NCBI GenBank assembly: GCA_002633005.1
Contig: NMRA01000831.1
Coordinates: 25,092 to 89,091, forward strand
DNA length: 64,000 nt
Reading direction: 5' to 3'
Source of the DNA: Phoronis australis
Taxonomy: Eukaryota > Animalia > Phoronida
The notes beneath the pieces were generated by a model. That model had not been told where the DNA came from, did not search any database, and worked only from the letters and a program-made list of their open reading frames with translations. Positions 52,101-61,645 of this stretch are shown here, one piece after another. Each line of letters begins with the position of its first letter. Position 1 is the stretch's first letter. The translations under genes were made by a program, and so were the position numbers.

Positions 52101-55100
52101 GCAATCCTGAGACACGAGCTCATCAGTCCTGACGAAGACTTCGCAGGTGGATCGTTAAGTTTCACAGGCTATCAGTTTGAACAGGAATACAGTGATGAAG
52201 AAATACTAGATAGTCGCCGTGAACAAGCTCAAACGACAAAACGTAAGGATAGTTATTTGGTAAGCCGGCATTCGTCAGGCACTGTCGATGCCGGACTGCA
52301 GGCCACTGACACGGAGATGTTTCACGGCCTCTTACTTGCTATTGACAGCGTATTTTTCATTCTTCACTACTGCGAGCCACTTCCTAAGCATTTCAGACTC
52401 TCGAGGACGTCCAAAAATACGATATACCCGCTTTCCTCGCAGCTGCATAGTTCGGGCAAGAGGGAATGATGCACCGCAACATAGCGGCATTCACTCTACA
52501 GACGAACCACTGACGTCGTTTCTCACCTTCCTCACAGGTTAACGCGACACCTCTTGGCAAGGTAAGGTCGACCATATGCGAGGTGATGTGGATATAGACC
52601 GATTAAGACGGCAAAAAACACTAATTAAATCAGGTGGCATTCTCCTTTAAGCCTTGTTTGATATGAAGTGGATGTGAAATGGCTGGAGCCAGAGGCCAAA
52701 AAACACAAATCTAGTACATGCAGGGGAAGCTGTGATGGTAGCTAGCATTGGACGATGCCCAAACAACCACAACTAACACCAATTTTGTGATCTTGAGTCA
52801 CTTCATTGGCTGCAGCTTGCTTTGCATTTCAAATATAAAGCACCCCCAGCAGGTGGTGACGGAGCATAAAGAAAAATACCAACTGTAGGCATCCAACTTC
52901 AGAACATGTTTAGCAGGTTCTTTAAAGATCTCTACACACATGTCTTGTAATCTGACAACAAAAAAGTTTGCCGCACACACAAAAGTTTAGCTCCACTTTA
53001 GCTGTGGTGGGAACAGGTAACGCTGCTTTTTTGACATGAATGAGCCAAATCCGACCGATCTTGTTGTCTACTTGAAATTGATGAAACTGAACTCACACAC
53101 CCTCATGAAGCTTGTGGTATGCAACAACTTGCAGGCATACTCAATAAGATTCATGGAAAGACAAAAACGATCTCATCTTATTACAAGCTGGACCACAAAC
53201 AACACTTCCAGAGTGATTCAAGCCTAATCAATTAGAAACCGGCGGGACTTCACTCAGCACTTGTCTGGATGTTCTCATTAAAATAGACTGAATTTTGCAC
53301 TAGTTGCTGCTTTCATTCAAGACAAAATCTAGATTATTACTAGAGCAGGAACAATTTTGTTGGGCTTACCTTGACGTCAATGTTTTTTGTGCACCCAAAA
53401 CACTGCCTGAGTTACCAGAGCAAAGCACCTTTAGTTCATCTGTAGTAAAGAATAGGCACTTAAATTGCAATCATTAAGTAATTGTTCATGTTAACAAAGA
53501 CATGTGACTAATAGCTCATTCTCAAACAAATCCCACCTTCAGTTAAGCCCAAAGAAGGACTTCTGAATAGAAACAGTCAGGAAAAACAACCAAGCAGTAT
53601 GATTTGGGTTGTAGTACATGTGAAAGAAAACCCTTTAGACCATATTGTGTCATATAACATGAAACATGTTCTAGACTTGCCCCTTCAACGTACGATAATG
53701 TTCTACTAATTCAGCAAAAAATATAGCCGACAAGTGAAATTCCATAATGTTAAATTTCTCCACAAAAATAATAGAAAATTCCAGAACGGATCTTCAAAGG
53801 CTAAAGGTCAAGATAAAGGAAGCTTGTTTTCTTATTTGCTATTGTGTCTCGTTGACGTAATTGTTAAAAGTTTAGACAAAGTGTACTCAATTGTCTTTAA
53901 AGAAAATGCTAAGATATCAACCAAGGTGACTGTTGAGATAGAGTTCATGACTCCTGAGTAACAGTGGTTTATTATACTTTTCACTATCTTTTTAGTATCA
54001 TCCAATAAACAGAAACAGTAACAAGCTCAGTGGTCATTTCTTTTGAATTCACCATGGTTACAAAGACATAGAATAAAAGGTGAGAAACAAATTGCCACAC
54101 AGGGCACAGTGGTAGTGGAATTCATCCTAAAGTTGTCGCCATCCACAGTTATGGTACTCAGCTGCGTTCAAAATACACGCTGGCCTGGTGGCCCGGGGTC
54201 AGAGGATTTGTGGCCAGGACACTAACAGGTGGTTTACAGTTAAACCTGGTTTAAACTGTACTTAGACCAGGTTTAAAGATAATCTGCATTTCATAAAGTT
54301 GGTTTAACTTTTAGACCAGTGGTCTAGTAAAACCTGGTTTAACTCCAGTTTAAACCTGGTCTAAGTAAGTTTTCATTTCACCAACGAGGTCTATATTCTT
54401 TAGACCTGTATTAAGATCTTAAACCATGTACAATTCATTACCTTAGACATGGTCAGACCCAGGTTTAACTGTTAAATATGTCAGACTTGCATGGTATAGG
54501 TACAAGTGAATGATGCCGCGGAGTGCATTTGCGACGCAGTTTTAGAGTGAAAATGGACTATTTTCAATATTCAGTTTTACTATGACACAAGATCAAACGT
54601 AGCAGGGTCAGATCCAGGATTTTTTAAAGGGGGGGGACGGTCAAGGACTTTTTGAAAGGGGGGCCAAGTCAACAATTATAGATTTGATATCACTAAAATC
54701 AAGGGAAAAAGGGGACTCCGGAACCCATGACCCCCGTGGATTCGCCTATGCGTAGACCACTACTTGCTGGAGTGTGCCCAGTGGATTTCTCTAAATACGA
54801 CTGGTCGAGCAGGGCGTCATCGTCGTAAGCACTACGGATTTGACTAAAGATAGTATCTTCTGATTCTTCTGGCTGAGTTCCACCTCCNNNNNNNNNNNNN
54901 NNNNNNNNNNNNNNNNNNNNNNNNNNNNNNNNNNNNNNNNNNNNNNNNNNNNNNNNNNNNNNNNNNNNNNNNNNNNNNNNNNNNNNNNNNNNNNNNNNNN
55001 NNNNNNNNNNNNNNNNNNNNNNNNNNNNNNNNNNNNNNNNNNNNNNNNNNNNNNNNNNNNNNNNNNNNNNNNNNNNNNNNNNNNNNNNNNNNNNNNNNNN

Positions 55101-58100
55101 NNNNNNNNNNNNNNNNNNNNNNNNNNNNNNNNNNNNNNNNNNNNNNNNNNNNNNNNNNNNNNNNNNNNNNNNNNNNNNNNNNNNNNNNNNNNNNNNNNNN
55201 NNNNNNNNNNNNNNNNNNNNNNNNNNNNNNNNNNNNNNNNNNNNNNNNNNNNNNNNNNNNNNNNNNNNNNNNNNNNNNNNNNNNNNNNNNNNNNNNNNNN
55301 NNNNNNNNNNNNNNNNNNNNNNNNNNNNNNNNNNNNNNNNNNNNNNNNNNNNNNNNNNNNNNNNNNNNNNNNNNNNNNNNNNNNNNNNNNNNNNNNNNNN
55401 NNNNNNNNNNNNNNNNNNNNNNNNNNNNNNNNNNNNNNNNNNNNNNNNNNNNNNNNNNNNNNNNNNNNNNNNNNNNNNNNNNNNNNNNNNNNNNNNNNNN
55501 NNNNNNNNNNNNNNNNNNNNNNNNNNNNNNNNNNNNNNNNNNNNNNNNNNNNNNNNNNNNNNNNNNNNNNNNNNNNNNNNNNNNNNNNNNNNNNNNNNNN
55601 NNNNNNNNNNNNNNNNNNNNNNNNNNNNNNNNNNNNNNNNNNNNNNNNNNNNNNNNNNNNNNNNNNNNNNNNNNNNNNNNNNNNNNNNNNNNNNNNNNNN
55701 NNNNNNNNNNNNNNNNNNNNNNNNNNNNNNNNNNNNNNNNNNNNNNNNCAAAGGCATTACAAATTGCATCTAATGAGACAGACTTTGTTTCAGTTTTATT
55801 GGTTAGGGTGAGAATAATTCATTTTGAAACAGAACGCTCAGTAATAAACGCCAAAATGGCAACTCGCAATCCCGACTTAGGACGAGCTAGAGCTCATCAG
55901 CCCCGATTTCACAGGTGGATCGTTAAGTTCTACAGGCTATCAATTCGAACAGGAATACAGTGATGAATAAATACTAAAGAGGCGCCGTGAACAAGCTCAG
56001 ACAACGGAACGTATGGAGTTATTTGGTAAGCCGGCATTCGTCAGGCACGGTCGATGTCTGCTGGCCACAGACACGGAGATGTTTCACGGCCTCATTCTTG
56101 CTATTTACAGTGTACATTTCATTCTTCACTACCATGAGCCACTTCCGAGGAAGTAAAAAAAACGTTATACCCGCTTTCCTCACAGCTGCTTAGCTCGGAT
56201 AAGCGGGAACGATGCACCGCAACATAGCGGCATTCACTCTGCATATGAACCACTGACATCGCTAGCGTCGTTTCTCACCTTCCTCACAGGTTAACGCGAC
56301 ACCTCTTGGCAAGGTAAGGTCGACCGTATGCGACGCGATGTGGATATAGACCGATTAAGATGGCAAAAAAGACTAATTAAATCGGGTGGCATTCTCCTTT
56401 AAATCTGGTTTTGTTAAACCACCTTCATGAAATTGGCTGTAAAATTTCACATATAGGCCTTATGTGGTTGTGGTCTCGTATTTAAATAACTGGCCTAGCG
56501 GGCCAGCACATTCACTTGCTGAAGCTCAAACACAAGTAATCAGATAGAAATGCGTTAATTTGAAAAATTTAAGGGATAAGGGATCATGAGATACAGCCGC
56601 GGCTGAAAAAACCTGCCGCTAGGAAGCACTACAGTAATCCAAGTCTTTCAGAACTCGTTCACATCCCTCCTCTTTCCAGTAGGAAAACATATGGCAATTT
56701 TCATTTATAGTCTTTAAAATAGTTTAACTGATAGAAAGAGAAAGACACCACAGACTCAGAAATAATAAAATTGGCCACTAGGTGGTGCAAATCTGCCCAA
56801 AACTGGGAAGGTGTCATCTGCCAAATTTCATGAACATCTGCCAAGGAGATTGCATAAAAAAGTCGAGAACAGCAGTTGAAGTCATGACTAAGGAAGTCTT
56901 GATGGTTATATTATATATTAAAATCATTACAAAAACAGGAAAAGAGATAGCCGATTCCATCACCGGAACCCTTTTCAAAAGGGCCCCATACAGCTTAACA
57001 AGAAGTGTTATTTCATAAGACCAATGCCGAAACCGTTGATATGTGCCCACCAAGTGTATCGCATACAGCACAAATAGTACAGGGATGATTATTATAGTTA
57101 TTTTAAACATTCCCAATAGAGGGAGGAACACCTAGAAACTATATGTGAGAAAAACAGATGTCTAAAAGAAAATTCAGTGATTATACCTTTATATGCCTTG
57201 ATCTCTTCAGCCAGTGTCTTTTTACTGGAACTATCCGCATACTTTCTGAGCAATTCCAGAACATCCTTAGGTTCTTTTGTAACACGCTCTATTAAGTTAA
57301 ACAAACCATACACGTCTCTGCATTTGTCGACGTCACTAGATTCTCCAACTTCTTGCAGATTCAGAAAATATTTTAAATCACAAACATCATCCTCTAGCAG
57401 ATTGCCAGCAATTTTATACAGGAGGCGCCTAAAACACAAAGAAAATCAATAAGAACCAGTTTCAAACAAATCTATAACTGTAATTACAGTACATCAGCAA
57501 ATTCATTACACAGAGAAGTTTTGGGACATGGAAGTGTGCATTATACATGAAACATCATGTGCTCCCCCTATCCCCGGGTTATGCAGAGGGTACACTGACC
57601 ACATGGGCATTTCATTGATATTGACCTAAAAGAATTGGGCAGGGCTTCTGCCCTATCCCTGGGTTACGGCGGGGGTGCGTCAACCACATGGGTATTCATT
57701 GATGTTGACCTAAAAAATCGGGCAGGACTTGAGCCCTATCTTTGGGTTATGGCGGGTAATTATGCCGGACTCATATAGATTTCATTGATGTTCACCCAAA
57801 AAATGGGCAGGGATTCCAACCCCATCCCCGGGTTATAGTGGTGGTCTGCAGGCCAAGAGGGCATTTTGTGAGCATTTAGGTCGAAGAACCGTATCATAAT
57901 TTGTGGCTTGCAAAATAAAAATCGTGCAATAACTTTTTACACTTGCGACGTGGTGTGAGNNNNNNNNNNNNNNNNNNNNNNNNNNNAAACTGAATTGAGT
58001 TGAGCTGTCTCAAATATCCAATATGAACTCAAGGTTTAAAGGAGAGTGCCACCCGACTTAATTAGTGTTTTTTACCGTCTTAATTGGTCTATATACACAT

Positions 58101-61100
58101 CGCCTCTTATACGGTCGACCTCACCTTGCCGAGAGGTGTCGCGTTAACCTGTGAGGAAGGTGAGAGACGACGCAGAGATGTCAGTGGCTCGTCTGCAGAG
58201 TGAATGCCGCTATATCGCAGTGCATCGGTTCCCGCTTGTCCGAACTATGAAGCTGCGAAGAAAGCGGGTATATAACCCGAAATGCTTAGGAAGAGGCTCG
58301 TGGTAGTGAAGAAAGAAAGGTATCCTGTTAATAGCAAGTATGAGGCCATGAAACATCTCCGTGTCTGTGGCTGGCATTTTGTCGACAGTGATTTCTCTGA
58401 AAAATTCCGGCTTACCAAAGAACTATCCATACGTTCCGTTGCCTGTGCATGTTCACAGCGCCTCTCTAGTACTTCTTGATCAATGTATTCCGGTTCAAAT
58501 TGATAGCTGTGAAACCTACTGATCCGATCTGTGAAGTCTTCGTCAGATGAGCTTTTGACTAAGTCAGGATTGGCGCCGGGCGAGTTGCCATGTAGGCGTT
58601 ATCATTCTGCGTTCCGTTTCAAAATGAATTATTCTCATCCTAACCAATACTTATATAAAACTGAAACAAAGTCTGTCCCATTAGATATAATTTGTAATGC
58701 CTTTGCAGTATTTGTGAGTGCAAATGTTGAGAAGCCAGTAATGAATAAACCACTGCGTTACTGGTTTTTGATGCCGGCAATTACCGGGCACCAAGGCTGT
58801 GTGAGCGCATGCTAATTCAGTGTTTGCTGACAGAAAGCTGTTGTGAAACAATTACTCGATTTTATATCTATGGTCACATGTTAGGGGAATCTATATTCAG
58901 AAATTCAAATCCTTGTTACTGTACAACCTTTGCCCTGACGGTCTGTGGAAGGGGAACCCAACTTTGCGGCCCCCGACAATTAGTAAGTAGATTTTCAGTT
59001 TGGTGGCTAATTCCCATTATTTCTTTGGATAACTATTATAGTCTTTTCCTGACTGTCGGTTTAGTTTCCAACTCAAGCTGGTTTATGTTCGTGCCAGTCC
59101 TGGCTGCCGCGACGGGCCTGATCGGGTTTCGAGCCACTGGCCACCGGGAGAATGAGTCAGTCCAGCCGCGACGGGCCTGATCGGGTTCCGAGCCACTGGC
59201 CGCAGGGATAATGAGTTAGTCCGGCTGCGATGGGCTTGATCGGGTTCCGAGCCCTGGTCGAGATAGCAAGCGTTTTGTGTGTTTAGAACTCAAAAAATCA
59301 TAAATCTAAACAGCACAGTTCTAGGTTCTCCTGCCAGTATTTCACGGAAGAATACTTCGAATTTATCTCCGAACAGACACCAAACTCATGCTATGGACCT
59401 TGGTAAATTGGCCTGCCGAACTTTGTAGGCTACGGTGTGTCCAAATAAAAATAATTGTTTTTTGGGGTGGCATACTTCTTTAAATTTATTATTTTCATAG
59501 TGCATGAATCTCTCCGTCCCCATTACTATAGCAATTTTCAGCACATAATTTGTCGATTCAATATGCCTATGAATTGTTTGAGACTTGACACTGACTTTCT
59601 AGGAGTAAAAGCCGCAGACGACAACATGAAAATTGAGTTTGGGATCTGTTTTTAAATCAAAATGCATCATGTCATACGTTGTTAGATTTCTATATGTCGC
59701 AAGTGTAAAAAGTTTTTTGTGAAAAACTGGGAGTTTGCCGCCAAAATAGTCTTCTAATCGTCGTTTTGAAATTGTCATGGACAGACGACAAGCAGCAGCA
59801 TCTACACGAGATCTCAGTATGAAGCGAGAAATGGTCAATTACCAAGAATGCTGACCACTCCTACACAGCTGAACATTTCATTGCGGTAAGAGTGATTTCA
59901 GGGGGAGTGACAGACATGAAATGGAATATTCGCTAACTATTTTTAGGACTCGGAATCGAAGTGAGGATCTCCTTTGAGACTTGATTCAAGCTGATTGTGA
60001 GTCGACATGCGAGTAGGTACCCAAAATTAGTGTTTGTTGTCAAGTTGCTAAAGCACTCGCCAAGTTGGCGAATGGACTATTAACTCTACCATCAGCAGTG
60101 TCGCTCAGATTTCGCCAATGGTGAGTTAGCGAGCGGCTAGTGCAAGCCAAGTAGTTATAAAATGAATATTTTGGGAAATTGGAGTAAGCGTTTAGCCAAA
60201 AGACCTATGACATATTTCCTGGCACGAGCAGAGTAAAAAGACCACTTGGTGATTTGGAAACCGAATGAAGGAGTGCTCAAAAAAGTTTGACTGATGGAGT
60301 ATTTGTCCTAATTTTTATTTATTTATTTATTTATTTATTTATTGTGATATTTAAAATGAGAGTGGCCTCTTCAGTGATAGCACTGCTTTCCAAGAGGGCC
60401 CTCAACAAGAAAAACAGTAATATAATACAATGAAGTAATAAAACAACAATGAAATATACGTAACAAAGATACAGTTAAAACAGGTTGACAATTAAGACAA
60501 TAACTAAATGACAAATAATGGTAAAAATTTAACTAAGACAGATGAAATAAATTAAGAGATGATTCTAGACAGTGAGAGTATTTACGACAATGAAAAAATG
60601 ACATGATTAAGACAGGCAGGGTATAAAATGTCAAGTAAATTACAGCCACTTTTTAATATTTATTTTAAAGGTAGTAATTGAATTGGACCGTTTAATTTCT
60701 GGGCTAAAAGAATTCCATGTTATAGCAGCTGCATAGATAAAAGATCTCTTGCCCATCTCGGTTTTAATTCTTTTAGAATAAACATTGCCAGCAACAGAAG
60801 AACGTGTAGAATATACAGCCTGGCTGCTATTGAATTTACTGCTGAGATATGCTGGAGCCAAGCCATTGATACATCTGTACATACAACAGGCAGAGAGATA
60901 TTTATTTCTTTGTCTTATTTTCATAAATCCCAGCTTGGAATACAAGTCGTTGTTTCCTCTCTGTACGCAAAAGGTACTTATATAAATATATAAATGTAAT
61001 GGTTTGATCAGAATGCAGCATAATTTGCAGAAAAGCTTCCAGCGTATGAAAACTCTATGGGAGTATCACATTCTTTACAGCTATGTAGAGCCGATGGCAC

Positions 61101-61645
61101 TGTCTACTACTTCACATGAAGACACAAACAAAACATCGTCAGACAGTACACCACTAGTTGGCGAGTCGTTTGAGTTGTGGTAGCTGAATTCCCAGTAAAC
61201 AGATATTCACAAGGACATGGACAAATGTCACAAAGGTACAAAAATGGGATGGGCATATAACAGAGCGTGGCTTATTAAAAGTGCAAATTTTGGAGTCATG
61301 GACACTGATCTGGACATGTACAGTATACTAATAATTCTATCAAATTCCAATTCACCTGTACTTTGAAATTCTTTTTGGATGATGTTGATCTGATATCCCA
61401 ATTTTGTTTAACAGGCGATGCAGATTAGCACATTCCAGCAGTTCAGCCAGGATTGCTTGCCCATCTACTGTGTTCTTTTCCTGACGGAAGATTAATGCAT
61501 GTAGTTCTGTTGCATTTTTAACATTACTCAGGTCACTTGGCTCATAAATATCAGAGCACAAAAAAGTAATTTTTCTCAAGTCACTTGGCAAAAGTGCTCC
61601 ATTCAATGTTGCCCACACATAAGTCTTGTCTTGTCTGCCAGCCAT
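9892..61645 (-). CDS. Spliced gene encoding a tandem DED-DED / linker / IRAK-Pelle-like kinase protein (13 exons mapped; 3' end unresolved)
   Basis: Exons 61356-61645, 57187-57428, 53370-53439, 41403-41525, 37349-37417, 25896-25964, 24279-24347, 21506-21585, 19327-19405, 18364-18527, 13090-13172, 10444-10673, 9892-10106. All are GT-AG; junction phases 2,1,2,2,2,2,2,1,2,1,0,2 match; 594 codons open. Confidence 0.8.
10444..10673 (-). CDS. Kinase exon, subdomains III-VIa
   Basis: EKESAWIKHPFVVPVLAVYEDKEHARSKLVYPKM...LPFSIRIRIAFQLAEAVYHLH; phase 0 acceptor tttccag, donor AA|gtgagt. Confidence 0.92.
11596..12959. mobile_element. Tc1/mariner-superfamily (pogo/Tc2-like) non-autonomous TIR element
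   Basis: TA flanks; TIR CCATACTCGTCCAGGTTACCGCCC / GGGCGGTAACCTGGACGAGTACGC. Confidence 0.75.
13090..13172 (-). CDS. Kinase exon, subdomain II with the catalytic Lys
   Basis: ctttcag|GA AAA GTG...; GKVKFNEIDVVVKKQHNTGELSVKQYKM; donor ATG|gtatgc; phase 1 to 0. Confidence 0.88.
13533..13690. repeat. About 21-bp minisatellite (GCGGAATATTACGCAGATTTT-like)
   Basis: Roughly 7 degenerate tandem units; they account for the spurious ORFs here. Confidence 0.85.
13712..15345. repeat. Composite tandem repeat (ATCAATGTGACAGTTGCAGAACCGTTCC units, 14-bp GCGGAACCGTTCCGCAT subrepeats, ~745 bp higher-order duplication)
   Basis: GTGATGCAGAAACCTACCTCAAGCAG occurs at about 14205 and 14951; the TCAATGTGACAGTTGC motif recurs many times. 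Confidence 0.8.
15496..16987 (-). mobile_element. ISL2EU/Harbinger-like THAP transposon remnant
   Basis: TIR AGCGGATTTGCAGCG / CGCTGCAAATCCGCT with AT flanks; THAP N-half CCVPGC...FYVFP...KW (16690-16880), C-half VCSEHF...PTEFP (about 15870-15940) and a DHSY motif. Confidence 0.7.
17000..17896. mobile_element. HINE/Helentron-like GCCACTAG element, 3' part
   Basis: Repeated GCCACTAG subunits; ends GTGGGCGCATAAAA. Confidence 0.7.
18364..18527 (-). CDS. Kinase exon with the Gly-rich loop
   Basis: FTLVLPEVPGSASTSTASDFHPFHQFKDFDEFDRYVGINDEKKIGEGGFGSVFD; acceptor tatttcaag, donor G|gtaatt. Confidence 0.9.
19327..19405 (-). CDS. Linker exon (DETVTQQGALAPPLAQKLGDIQSEET)
   Basis: ctttcag acceptor, GA|gtgaga donor; phase 1 to 2 fits both neighbours. 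Confidence 0.72.
21506..21585 (-). CDS. Linker exon (EKEEVGHEMGIHKKRNTEDFQNTRSM)
   Basis: tttgcag acceptor, G|gtatgt donor; phase 2 to 1. Confidence 0.7.
23640..23815 (+). mobile_element. Penelope-like element, GIY-YIG endonuclease C-terminal fragment
   Basis: GHTIDYSDVQILDKD...RLLINEAMHIR...LNRKIG matches the PLE C-terminal pattern H-x-I-D...IL...EA-x-HI...LNR-x-x-G. Confidence 0.7.
24279..24347 (-). CDS. 69-nt linker exon (SNVVNQPQSAFYSGSGDHCVEE)
   Basis: tattttacag acceptor, AA|gtaagt donor; phase 2-2. Confidence 0.72.
25896..25964 (-). CDS. 69-nt linker exon (DQVFTTLKSDMGNYFDDGHIEK)
   Basis: tattttacag acceptor, GT|gtaatt donor; phase 2-2. Confidence 0.62.
25987..27545 (+). mobile_element. 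Gypsy LTR retrotransposon 5' part (LTR, gag, zinc knuckle, protease), degenerate, copy A
   Basis: LQLPKFNEKQDDVENFLQRFKGYAKTSGW, CFLCHKAGH knuckle and VLVPRDKG protease-like motif; duplicate of 41543-43120. Confidence 0.75.
27640..28660 (-). mobile_element. BEL/Pao retrotransposon fragment, copy A
   Basis: VLLKTVKA...FFDEGSQRSYL aspartic protease; SHFFVVKDSATTTLRLVFAA (start of RT). Confidence 0.75.
29748..34518 (+). mobile_element. Degenerate Kolobok transposon (THAP transposase remnant on +, KolX remnant on -)
   Basis: TTAA TSD at 29744-29747 and 34519-34522 (empty site GCTTAAAGCACC near 37685); imperfect TIR AGTGTAATTTGCAAGGTCCAA / TTGGACCTTGCAATTTCCTCT; THAP remnant ...ICSDHFEDGCFD at about 30014-30258. 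Confidence 0.8.
32355..32748 (-). pseudogene. KolX / P2X7 intracellular-tail-like Cys-rich protein remnant
   Basis: CTWGNCQ...ERVCCQEV...CIVEHGG/FKPVYINRGVLETA...*HVAYRQFQKWVHGH...RVVILACAVACI*AFYP, with stops and a frameshift; an acidic N-terminal exon is likely at 34050-34283. Confidence 0.78.
37349..37417 (-). CDS. 69-nt linker exon (SNVVNQPQSAFYIGSGDHCVEE)
   Basis: tattttacag acceptor, AA|gtaagt donor; phase 2-2; 2 substitutions relative to 24279-24347. Confidence 0.7.
37467..38985. mobile_element. Full-length HINE/Helentron-like element
   Basis: Both ends present (AATGCGCCCAC ... GTGGGCGCATAAAAA); absent from the equivalent site in duplication copy A (about 24400). Confidence 0.8.
39693..40572. 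mobile_element. Tc1/mariner-superfamily MITE
   Basis: TIR CCGTATTCGCCGTAATAAC / GTTATTACGGCGAATACGG with TA TSD; empty site CAAG-TA-ACTGCT at about 25088. Confidence 0.9.
41403..41525 (-). CDS. 123-nt linker exon (AQVFTTPQSDMEIHCDYGHHRVRYHLKIGHVTTADGHIEE)
   Basis: tattttgcag acceptor, GT|gtaagt donor; only the phase 2-2 frame is open. Confidence 0.68.
43200..45745 (-). mobile_element. BEL/Pao retrotransposon fragment (gag, protease region, RT start) nested in the Gypsy element
   Basis: KLSKLSLPKFS, DNFGEPKKIITAHI (gag), VDMLIGANSAW...IGGAVLSG, YCDVFQEHVNKGYIEVVP. Confidence 0.8.
45959..46926. mobile_element. hAT-like non-autonomous TIR element inserted in a HINE copy (about 45750-47490)
   Basis: Ends CATAGGCGGATT / GATCCGCCACTG with G/C-rich subterminal runs; no clean TSD seen. 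Confidence 0.5.
50955..52646 (-). mobile_element. Kolobok-type THAP element, copy 2
   Basis: TTAA flanks at 50951-50954 and 52647-52650; TIR AGGAGCATGCCACC / GGTGGCATTCTCCT; reverse complement of copy 1. Confidence 0.85.
53370..53439 (-). CDS. First linker exon after DED2 (DELKVLCSGNSGSVLGAQKTLTS)
   Basis: ctttactacag acceptor, AG|gtaagc donor; only phase 1 is open, matching the DED2 donor. Confidence 0.72.
54888..55748. other. Assembly gap (N run)
   Basis: Run of N. Confidence 1.
55749..56398 (-). mobile_element. Kolobok-type THAP element, copy 3 (cut by the gap)
   Basis: Ends GGGTGGCATTCTCCT-TTAA; homologous to 51977-52646. Confidence 0.82.
57187..57428 (-). CDS. DED2 exon
   Basis: tgttttag|G CGC CTC; RLLYKIAGNLLEDDVCDLKYFLNL...DKCRDVYGLFNLIE...LELLRKY...EEIKAYK; donor G|gtataa. 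Confidence 0.88.
57560..57870. repeat. About 85-90 bp tandem repeat (CCCTATCCCCGGGTTATG...TTCATTGATGTTGACCTAAAA), about 4 units
   Basis: Motif recurs at about 57566, 57651, 57734 and 57820. Confidence 0.8.
57960..57986. other. Assembly gap (N run)
   Basis: Run of N. Confidence 1.
58040..59479 (+). mobile_element. Kolobok-type THAP element, copy 4
   Basis: TTAA flanks at 58036-58039 and 59480-59483; TIR AGGAGAGTGCCACCC / GGGTGGCATACTTCT; THAP remnant KHLRVCGWHF. Confidence 0.85.
60311..60960 (-). mobile_element. CR1/L2-type LINE 3' end
   Basis: ORF 60640-60945 MYRCINGLAPAYL...YSTRSS...GKRSFIYAAAITWNSF...FKINIKKWL, followed by a 3' UTR and (TAAA)n tail. Confidence 0.85.
61356..61645 (-). CDS. 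First coding exon, DED1
   Basis: MAGRQ...LLPSDLRKITFLCSDIY...VKNATELHALIFRQ...LAELLECANLHRLLNKIG...PKRISKYR; donor AG|gtgaat; upstream tttcag acceptor suggests a 5' UTR exon further up. Confidence 0.88.

Noticed and set aside
54699-55769. 356-aa ORF
   Set aside because: Almost entirely N-gap; the flanks are transposon sequence.
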